Part shown: positions 12,725 through 22,690 of the stretch, piece after piece
Position numbering within the stretch: the stretch's first letter is position 1
How the letters are laid out: every line of letters begins with the position of its first letter
NCBI RefSeq assembly: GCF_006345805.1
Contig: NC_043012.1
Coordinates: 27,776,001-27,840,000 of the forward strand
Reading direction: 5' to 3'
DNA length: 64,000 nt
DNA from: Octopus sinensis
Taxonomy: Eukaryota
Program-made: the position numbers and the translations under genes
The notes under the pieces: generated by a model
The model's input: the letters and a program-made list of their open reading frames with translations, nothing else
Told to the model about the DNA's origin: nothing
Databases searched by the model: none

Positions 12725-14275
12725 AAGTAACGGAGAGGCTCATAGCCCAACTAATTAATGAGAGGGTTAGTCTAGATGTGATGCAGTTTAGTTTTGTGCT
12801 AGGGAGAAGCACCACTGATGCTATACTTCTGGTAAGGCAGCTGCAGAAGTACCTAGCCAAAGATAAACCTCTGTACTTGGCTTTTGTTCATGTGGAGAAA
12901 GCCTTTGACACTCCCTTATCTGGTGGTCAATGCAGAAATTAGGGATAGATGAGTGGTTGGTGAGAGCTGTACAAACCATGTACAGGGATGCAGTCAGTAA
13001 GATGAGGGTTGGCAACAAGTATAGCAATGAATTTAGGGTATAAGTAGGGGTTTACCAAGGATCAGGCCTCAGCTCCCTCCTGTTCATCATAGTCCTCTAG
13101 GCTATAACAGGAATTTAAGACAGGTTGCCCCTGGGAGCTCCTGTATACTGATGACCTTGTTCTTATAGCTGAATCACTATTAGAACTAGAAAAGTTTCAG
13201 GTGTGGAAGCAAAGTCTAGAATCGAAAGGTCTTAGAGTTAATCTAGCAAAAACCAAAGACTTAGTAAGTAGGAAAGCAGACAAATCACTAATGCCTTCAG
13301 GTAGATGGCCCTGCTTGATCTGTAGGAAAGGCATAAATAGAAATTCCATAAGATGTACCTGGTGCAAACTGTGGACACATAAGAGGTGCAACAATATCAA
13401 AGGAAGGTTAACAGGGAAAAATAGTCTTTGTGTAGAAGGTGCACAGGTACAGTAAACACTGAAAATGTACAGAAAATAGACCCCATCAAATGCCAGTGAG
13501 GTAAGCTAGAAGTAGTTGATAGCATCCATTATCTAGGTGACCAAGTTGGTAATGGAGGTGGATGCTCTGAGAGTGTAGCTGCAAAAATAAGAATAAGCTG
13601 GGCAAGTTAAACATGGGCTGTAACTGTTGAAGACATGCATAAACTTGAAAGAAATGAAGCTGGCTTGCTTCACTAGATGTTCAGTGTCAGTGTGCATGTA
13701 CGATATAATACATATGCGTTTTGAGAGAAAGGCATCAGATGTGGTGTACAGGGAAAACAAATGCATTTGTATGGTCATGTGATGTGTATGGACAAGGACA
13801 GCTGTGGAAGAAGTAGATCCAGGAAGACTTGGAATGAGATGGCAAAGCAGGATCTTCAAATGTTGGGCCTCATGCTGGCAATGACTAGTGACCAAGACCT
13901 TGAGACGCATTAGAAAACCCATCAAGCCAAGTGAAATCATAGTCATGGCTGATGCTGGTGTCATGTGACTGGCACCCATGCTGGTGGCACATTATAAGCA
14001 TCTTTCAAGCATTGGGCTTCACAGAGGCAATGTAGCTGATGCCAGTGTCTCGTAACTAACACCTATGCTGGTGGTACATGAAAAGCACCTTTCAAGTGTT
14101 GGGGCCTTGCAGAGGCAATGACAAATGACCGAGACCTTTGGCAATATTCTGTGCCTGAGGAGAAGACCCATCAAGCTAAGTGAAACTGTAGTTTTGGCAG
14201 ATACTGTTGTCATGCAACTGGCACCTGTGTTGGTGGCACATAATACCACCCATTGCACTTAGAGTGGTTGGTGTT
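12725..14275 (+). mobile_element. 5'-truncated degenerate RTE LINE with modular 3' UTR
   Basis: LAFVHVEKAFD, GVYQGSGLSSLLF, LLYTDDLVL, GLRVNLAKTK, then a Cys/His finger and GGTGGCAC..AAAAGCAC 3' modules. Confidence 0.85.
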
Positions 14276-15435
14276 GTTGTTATATATATATAATGTATTG
14301 AGTATTAAAGGAAGTAGTGAGTACTTAGTATGAAAGATTAAGAAAATGAGAGAGACTGAAAAAACGTGTTAACGATACGAGATACTTTATTAGACTGCCG
14401 TTGTTGTACAAGGTATTTGTTGTGGCGGGAAACTTACTGAATGTCCTTGTATCAAGGGAGACAATGGGCAACGTTGATTGTTCATGTTTGTTGTGATGAT
14501 TACATAACAGTTGGCATTAGGAAGGGCATCCAGCCACAGAAACCATGCAAAGTCAGACTGGAGTCTGTGCAGCCCCTCAGAGTGCCAGCCCTGCTCAAAC
14601 CATCCAACTGATGCCAGCATGGACAACGGATGTTAAATGATGATATGTCATACACATTTACATGCACACACTTATGTGTTTGTGTCAACGATTTCATGCT
14701 TCTTGCTGTCTTTATAAACAACCTCCCTATCGAATGCAGGCTGTACTCTGTGTTTATAGTCAACCATGAAAGCATGTCTGGGCTTCTTGGCATGACATGT
14801 GCAATTCTTCTAAACAAAAGAGGATCATAACTATGTCCAGACTATTTGGTTGCAGGTTGGCAACTGTGGGGGCATCCAAAGTTTAGCCTGATATATGCAA
14901 GCACGACAAGGTCGACTTTAAAAACATGGTTATGGATGGATGGATGGATGCATGCATGTTTACACACATGATGGACTTCTTTATTGTTTCTGTGTATGAA
15001 ATTTTGTTGACGTGGAGAAAGCCTTTGACAGGATCCCCCACTCTTCTATCTAGTGGATAAATGAGGAACTAGGGATAGATGAGTGGTTGGTGAGAGCTGT
15101 ACATTGATCAACTTGGGCCACTAGTAATCTTATTTTCTCAGTTTAAGTCGTGTAGTAAAGTTTAAAAAAAACTCTCCAAATATTCTTTGTGAAACATATC
15201 ACTTTTAACAAAACTATCTATGCAGTCTTTTATAATAGTTCGATTTTAGATAAACATTTGTAGTGTTGATCTCTCTTTTTCAGTTTTATTCTGTAGGTGT
15301 CCTGTCAATTTTGTGTTCCTTATAAAATGTTTGGATATACAAGAGTGTAAAGATTCCAAAGTAGCATGAATTGCAAAGTTATTGTTTGGTTATATACTAC
15401 TATAAAATTATTTTTGCCCTTGTTTGATCACACAG

Positions 15436-15667
15436 GTAGCAGATAATGATGCACTGCAAGAACTTACTGCACCGGTTGCTGGAGTTATCCTAGTGGTGAT
15501 GGCGAATTTAAGGAGGTGCTTTTCAGCTTCAGAATTCTTTACTAGTCATGAAGAATTACAACAAAATCATTCTCTAACACCTTCAGCAAAGATTGGAACT
15601 CGTACTCTGTTTGCAACTTCACTACATATTGTTTTGAAAGGCCTACTAGATTACATACAGAAGTCTT
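15436..15667 (+). CDS. NUP205: NUP205 exon
   Basis: CAG/GTAAGT. VADNDALQELTAPVAGVILVVMANL...SLHIVLKGLLDYIQKS vs human QELMPVVAGAVFTLTAHL...SLYIILKKLLDFILKT. Confidence 0.93.
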
Positions 15668-15692
15668 GTAAGTTGACAGAGTTTCTTTTCAT

Positions 15693-16050
15693 TTTATTCT
15701 TTTACTTGTTTCAGTCATTTGACTGTGGCCATGCTGGAGCACTGCCTTAAATGGTTTTAGTTGCAGAAATTGACTCCAGGACTTATTCTATCAGTCTCTT
15801 TTGTCAAACCATTAAATTGTAGTTAACATACCAGCATCAGTTGTCAAGCGATGTTGATGGGGGTGAACACTGGCACAATAACATACATATATACGGCAGG
15901 CTTCTTTCAGTTTCCGTCTACCAAATCCACTCACATGGTTTTGGGTAATTCAAGGCTTTATTAGAAGACACTTGCCCAAGGTGCCATGCAGTGGGACTGA
16001 ACCTGGAACTGTGTGGTTGGGAAGCAAGCTTCTTACCACACAGACATGCC
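15693..16050 (-). mobile_element. Near full-length tRNA-derived SINE about 25 bp from an exon donor
   Basis: tRNA-like head at 16045-15990, CCTTGGGCAAGTGTCTTC core, A-rich tail at 15693-15720 (minus strand). Confidence 0.8.
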
Positions 16051-16215
16051 TGCACCTGTTGTTAACTTATCCATTGCTTATATATCTTATTATCATCCTG
16101 AGAGTTGCCAACATAGTTGTTCAAATAGCTTTTTCAAATTAACACAGTATTTTAGAGTAATATTCCATTTTGAGTTTTACTAACTTGAATTAATTTTTTG
16201 CTTATTTTTATATAG

Positions 16216-16314
16216 GTGGGAGTCAGCAGAAAGTGCGAACATATTTATATGGTTCCCTTCTTTATTATCTTCAAATTGCACAGAAATCTACCATACCTAG
16301 TTGGTTGTCTTCAG
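16216..16314 (+). CDS. NUP205: NUP205 exon
   Basis: TAG/GTTTGT, 99 nt, phase 1-1. GSQQKVRTYLYGSLLYYLQIAQK vs human GFQRVRTHLYGSLLYYLQIAQR. Confidence 0.95.
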
Positions 16315-16530
16315 GTTTGTTGAATACTTTTTGTTACTGATATAGTTTAACATCATTGAGTCAGTGGCTTAATTATCTGATTGCATATACATAATAAGAT
16401 TCAAAGTTCCTCCTCAGATATCATTTTCATTATAGAATGTCAAAATATCTTTGTATGTTTATGTTAATAGCTTTTTATAGAGGTAACTGCAGAAATAGAT
16501 GTTGTAACTTGTTTATATGGCTCTTTACAG

Positions 16531-16688
16531 AAACCGAGGCTTTAGGTGTTGCCCAAGTATTGGTTGCTTCAGGTGAAGGAGAATTTGACAATTTATCCAA
16601 AGAGAATTTGTCAATTATTTTATCATATGGTGATTCCTTACTAGAAATAATCTGCAAAGATATATGTGATGGACATAATGTAGGAAGA
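16531..16688 (+). CDS. NUP205: NUP205 exon
   Basis: CAG/GTAAGT. ENLSIILSYGDSLLEIICKDICDGHNVGR vs human ENIAIIESYGAALMEVVCRDACDGHEIGR. Confidence 0.95.
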
Positions 16689-16921
16689 GTAAGTAGACAT
16701 TTTTGTTCATTTTTTTTATAAGAATTAAAATTAGTTTTGATTTGAGAGATAAATCAACATTGCCTTTCTTATATCACAGAAACAAATTGAAAGTATGTGT
16801 TGTTTTTAGTTTATGAATGAATTCATTGGATGACCATGTCAAATTTATAGATTTTAATATCTCATACCTGCATATGCCTGTACTTACAGCTATATTTGCA
16901 CTGAAGGTGTAGTTTCTATAC

Positions 16922-17460
16922 TACAGGGTGGCCATAAAGTCATGCACCATCCTGTAATATGTGAAATTGCTAACATTCTCTTTTTTATATCTTTTCACAA
17001 ATGCTCATATTACTTACAGACCAATCCTCATTGGATGGGGGCAGATAATCAACAAGGTGAGAGCAAGGTAGTGGTGTGGTGTAGGATTTGCCACAATCAA
17101 GTAATTGGACCGTTTTATTTTGAGGGCTCTGTGACAGGTGATTCATATCTGGACATGCTTGGCAACAAGGTGATGCCTCACATGCATTCACTTGGAAGGG
17201 GAAATCCTGCCTGGTTTCAGCAGTAAAGGGCTCCACCCCATTATGCATTACAGGTTTGTGGTTTTCTTAATGAACATTTTCCAGGCAGAAAAATTGGCCT
17301 GCTCGGGCGTTGCAGACCAATTGTATGGGCACCACAAGTCACCAGATTGAACTGCCATGAACTTTTTCTTTTGGAGCTACATTAATTCCTATGTGCTTTC
17401 TGAAAAGATTCGTGACCAAGGACAACTTCAAAGAATTGTTGAAGTGTGTGAACAAATCAA
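16922..17460 (+). mobile_element. Tc1/mariner-superfamily transposase relic
   Basis: TA-CAGGGTGG terminus. KVVVWC..VIGPFYFEGSVTGDSYLDML, WFQQ*xAPPHY, degenerate WPPxSPD / NFFFWSYI. Right bound approximate. Confidence 0.8.
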
Positions 17461-18039
17461 TGACAATGATGAAACACTTTTTTATATTTATAACTACATT
17501 TTGTTTCCTGTTCTCATTGCTCTTATCCACTGTACCACTGCATGTACGTTTATCAGTGGCAGTAGCATCAGAGATATGCCAGGATTTAAAGGAACACAAG
17601 AAATTACTGCAATACCTTTAGTGTGATGCCCTACGGATGAACTCTTTAACATTTTCATTTGAGTGATTACCAAGTTCTACCTAGAACCAGATGTTCTGTA
17701 GGCTACCTTGACCGATCTTAAATGTAAAGACAGAAGCAAAAGGATATTTGGTACATTCATGATAATCATTTCCATTCAAAATGTTATGGGTCTGTACTTT
17801 TTCTCACAGCATGATTCATGCTAACGTATTATTTACCAACTTACACCTTCCCAGTGTTGTTCTTCATTTACACCTTTTTGTTACCTATTAAAGTGCAACT
17901 GTCAGTTAAAGATATTTTCAAGAGAACTTAACGATTATGGATAATCTTTAAAAGTCCTTATAGTTTATTAAGACTCTTCTACTACAATGTCTGTGAGAGT
18001 TATATTAATATTTATGCATAATCTTTCTGTGTTTTACAG

Positions 18040-18231
18040 TTACTGGCTCTTTCACTTCTGGATTGCATACTTTCTCTGGACAAGAGCAATCAGTGCTTGA
18101 ACTTCATGATCTCCAAAGGTTATCTGCAACATCTTATTGATGGCATTCTTACTGATGATAGTCACTTGCAAAATCTTTTAAACCCATCAGTGGAATCTTT
18201 AAAGCATCTTTACAGTTTTGAAGGACGTATG
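18040..18231 (+). CDS. NUP205: NUP205 exon
   Basis: CAG/GTAAGT, 192 nt, phase 0-0. LLALSLLDCILSLDKSNQCLNFMISKGYLQHLIDG...LKHLYSFEGRM vs human MLALALLDRIVSVDKQQQWLLYLSNSGYLKVLVDS...LKALYTYESKM. Confidence 0.95.
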
Positions 18232-18490
18232 GTAAGTTGTTATTGTAGGGTAAAGCCATTTTGATAATGAGTATCCACTTCACACTTGTTCATTGCATAC
18301 ACATTTCTGAAGTAGGTTAAAGAAAATTGAATCAAGGATTTGTTTAGTCTCTGTAGTAAATATGAATTAATTATTTAATTTATTTGATTAGTTTCTGTAG
18401 TAAATATACAACTGTCATGGGGCTCTTTTTACAGGGGCTCTTCATTTCATTTGTTAAAATTCTGAAATTTATACTTTATATTTATTTTAG

Positions 18491-18606
18491 ACATTTTGCA
18501 GTCGCGTGGCATCATCACCTGCTGGAGCATATTCATTACTGCGCCATGGTTTCATGCAACGGTTAGCTGAATGTGAAGTGTTCTCTATGCGTCCAGAGCA
18601 TGAAAG
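18491..18606 (+). CDS. NUP205: NUP205 exon
   Basis: TAG/GTAGTG, phase 0-2. TFCSRVASSPAGAYSLLRHGFMQRLAECEVFSMRPE vs human AFLTRVAKIQQGALELLRSGVIVRLAQCQVYDMRPE. Confidence 0.93.
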
Positions 18607-18976
18607 GTAGTGCACACCTCTTTATGCAAGGCATCTGCAATTACATATATATATATAATTTCATTGTTAATATCTATGAATTTGTGTACAATTGAAAAAA
18701 TTCTCTTTACATTTCCATCTAGAATTCATGGTTTGAGAGTAAACTTTATTTTTATGCAAGGAAAAATCTTTTTGAGTGACAAAAGAGAACCTCGGAAGAT
18801 ATAAAAAATTATTTTTCTTGTTCAAGATATCTACTGTTTTACTATGCTCACATAATTGTATAACCCTCTGTTAATGTGCTATCATGTATTTCTGATAATT
18901 GTTGCTTCATTATTTTCTGTTAATAATGCTATTGAAATTATTTAGTTGTAATAACAAACAACATACTGATTCTTAA

Positions 18977-21900
18977 CCCCTTGACGCTGGTATTACCCGA
19001 AGCATGCGAGACACTGCTCCGTTTTTTTTTTATCTAAAGAGGCCACACAAACGTACAAGTGCCAACAAGCTCGCATCTGTTTACGTTCACCGTTACAATA
19101 ACATAGCCGTCGTACATTTACGTCTACCGGTTTATGAAAACAAACTATGTGAAGCTATTTATCATAATATGATATACAAGAGTTATTCTGCTCAAGTTTA
19201 AAAAATAGCTTGCGTGTGGTACAACTCAAAACACGGTATTATGCAAAAGGACACATCACAGTCCAGACAACGATATCTGGTTTCGCGCTTATGGTGGTGT
19301 GAGGTGCATACAACACATTTCCTTGCCGGATTCTGCTTTTTGTTCCGTTGGCAGTATGAAACGTGGGAAATGTCCTTATCGGTTCAGAAGCCAGTTTGGA
19401 GTCGGTCGGGCGTTAGGACATCCACGAGTTCAGAAACTTCGATAATTTCATTTATCAAAGCCTCGCGAAATGCGAGTCAATTTCTTCGCCACCCAGCATT
19501 TGCCAACGTGACCGTAGCCAGTACCGCATCGACTGGTCTCCGTGCTGTGGGCACGTAACAAACACCATCCGATCGTAGCTGTTCGCCAGCCTCGTCTGAC
19601 ACCTGTGTCAGTGGCACATAAGAAAACACCATCCGAGCGTGGCCGTCTGCCAGCCTCGTCTGGCACCTGTGTCGGTGGCACATAAAAAACACCATCCGAG
19701 TGTGGCCATCTGCCAGCCTCGTCTGGCACCTGTGTCGGTGGCACATAAAAAACACCATCCGAGCGTGGCCATCTGCCAGCCTCGTCTGGCACCTGTGTCG
19801 GTGGCACATAAAAAACACCATCCGAGCATGGCCGTCTGCCAACCTCGTCTGGCACCTGTGTCGGTGGCACATAAAATCACCCACTACACTCTCGGAGTGG
19901 TTGGTGTTAGGAAGGGCATCCAGCTGTAGAAACACTGCCAGATCTGACTGGCCTGGTGCAGCCTTCAGGCTTGCCAGACCCCAGTTGAACCGTCCTAACC
20001 CATGCTAGCATGGAAAGCGGACGTTAAACGATGATGATGATGATGATGATGATGATCAGATGTGTGTTCATTAGTGCCATATCCACAATGTACAAAAATA
20101 TTTCTTTGTACCATTTTCCAAATCTTTGTGCAGATTTGTGCATAGTAGCCAGCTGATCGGACCTATCCACCCCACTCATTGCTCTGTTGTAGTCCTGTAC
20201 AACATCGGCTTTTATGATGGGGTTCCCTGCATGATTCCGTTTGCCAGTTTCAGACATTGCAGCAGAGTGCATCATACTCAGCATGGTCATGTACTTTCTG
20301 TCTTGCCAGACCAACGCCAGGAGACCACTGTTTGTCGGATGGTATGCAAATTCTCCTTTCTCAAGTTTCGGCTTTCGAAGATCGAGGGTTATGTTCCTTC
20401 TGAAAGTATGGACCATCCCACAGGCATTTGTTCTCCTGACATGCAGCTGCTGAAACATGTTGGGGCTGGAAAACTAGTTATCCATATAAATGTTATACCC
20501 TTTGTCTAATGACATTAGTTGATGCTACAACATCCACGACCCTGTCCTTGCCAGTATATATTTTATGGTTCCAGGTATAGCCACATGCGACAACGGATGA
20601 CTGGCAAACTTTACATACTTTCACTCCAAAGCGCGCATGTTTTATAGGGTTGTACTGTCTGAATCACAACCGTCCACTGAATTTCCAGAGACTTTCGTCT
20701 GTGGAAATATCTTGTGTAGGTGTATAGACAGTTTTGAAATTGTCCACGACTGCGTCAACAATTGGCCGAAGTTTGTGCAGCTTGTCATCGGTGTTGACGC
20801 CCAAGTTGAAGTGTAGGTTTTTCTGTAGCACGAAAAAATTATCGCTCGGCATCGTGTTGGCGAAAAATAGCGTCGCCATTTGAGGGTTCCTGCTCCATTA
20901 CAAACTGAGGATAGGTTTTCTTAAGATTCCCATGAGAATAAGAAGCGCAAGAAACACTTTGATTTCATTGCCTGTCGTCGGGAACTAGTCAGTGCTATGC
21001 TTGGATTCACGTTGAGGATGAGTAGCAGCGTAGCTGTTTGTTTCGTCTGCCATATGCTCGAAAAGTTCCTCCGTGAGAAACTCGTGGAATATTTCCAAGG
21101 GCAAAGTGTGATTGTTCAGGTTCGCTTTTATCCCAGAGTTGCCTAAGAATCCGTATTGTCACGGAAAATTGTCTATTCTCCACCATACCACATTCTGCTG
21201 GCCAGGGGCATCGACTCTTGCCCTTCTGTTGTTTCATGGCAATTGCAAAGTACCCGAATCAGAGTTCGGCAAAAACTCAGAGCCAGAATCACCATCAGAT
21301 GAGTGAAAATCATCAGAAAAGTCTGAGCCTGAATCACCAATTCTTCTCGATTCAGCAGCAGCAGCTGACGATCGAGCTGAGGATGTGGGTGTGGTCTGAC
21401 GTGAAGCAGCTGATGGACTCGGATGCGACCGCAAATTTGCTGAAGGTGTATCACTGGCCTCTGCAACAGCTGCAGCAACACCGGAAGTACGATGTTGCCG
21501 CTCAATTTCACATGTAGGTGTCGGTCAAGTGGATGTTTGATGCGATGATGAGCAAGTTGACGTAGGTGTTGGTTGTGCCGACATTTTACGTGACGAGTTG
21601 GTTGCCTCAGGTGTTGTCGGGTGTGATGACGAGCGTAAATTCGCTGATGGAGGACTGAAGCGTGAATGCAGAACTTGTAATTGATTTGAAGACATTTTGA
21701 ATTATGATGTGTTTTCGCTGGAGACCGTTACTTTTATACCTCCTGTACCAATGCATATGCATGTAAAGTATCCGCATGTCATTGGTCTACTGCTAGTCTC
21801 ATGAGTTGAACGTAACCTAAAATAGCTAAGATAATGCACGGGACAGCGATCATGCGCACCTCAAAAGATAAAGTACATGATAGTGAACGTAAATATACGT

Positions 21901-22016
21901 CAACCACTAAAAAGTCCGTGATAGATGTAGGGCAGCTCTACATCGTATATTTACATTAACCGCGGGTAGGCAAGCAAAAGTGTGATCACATATTTGCGTC
22001 AACCGTTGTCAAGGGG
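18977..22016 (-). mobile_element. Full-length degenerate piggyBac (PGBD4-like), interrupted by an RTE tail insertion
   Basis: TTAA-CCCCTTGAC...GTCAAGGGG-TTAG. Catalytic motifs STDESL, YMDN, SGVDRSDQ. C-terminal RYRCLDCDVSFCIIPCFELYH. Confidence 0.9.
19501..20057 (+). repeat. RTE-derived 3' tail insertion with ~5 tandem 63-bp units and (GAT)n end
   Basis: 63-bp period seen directly (CATAAAAAAC at 19681 and 19744). Tail nearly identical to 62000-62241. Confidence 0.9.
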
Positions 22017-22690
22017 TTAGAAGCCTGGCATCTAAGAATTTTTTACTGGCTGTGCAAACTAGTTGTGAAGGTTCAATTTATGTCATTGTACAACTAAATG
22101 CCTAATTTCTACTGCTTTTTCTGGAGTACTGCTCACGAATTTATTTTTGTTGATCTAGGATTATTTTAAACAGTTTTCAGGATTATTATATCTGAAAAAA
22201 AATTTAATGTTTAAGATTGACAGTTTCTGAATATTGTGTATATAGATTAGAAGTTACTAATTTTATAAGATGTGCATGCATAATTTCAAGCATTCTATAT
22301 ATACATTTACGAGTATGATGTTTATGAAAAATATCCATGGAAGTCACCAATGACTCAGTTGCTGAGATAAGAAACAACCAGCTGAAGAATACTTTGGTAA
22401 TTTCTTGACAGTGTTATGTTCCCTTAATAGTCTAATCGATCTTATAAGATATATGCACCACAGAATAGTATAGGTTACTGTTAACAACTATTTTGCTTGC
22501 TTAAAGTGTTGAGATCATCCCACCCCCACCCCTACAGCTCTTGTTAGAGGGGACTGCACTGTCTTCATCAGTACACCTTTTAGCACTTGTGTAGATGTGC
22601 ATACGTGTGTATCTTTGCATACATGTACATATGAGTATGTGAATATATGCGACACTTGCTCTGGTGATTATCTCAACTTATTGGGAACAT

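Noticed and set aside
19448-20008. Repetitive 21-aa-unit ORFs (e.g. MCHRHRCQTRLADGHAR)
   Set aside because: By-product of a 63-bp tandem unit; five overlapping frames are open and there is no splice or homology support.
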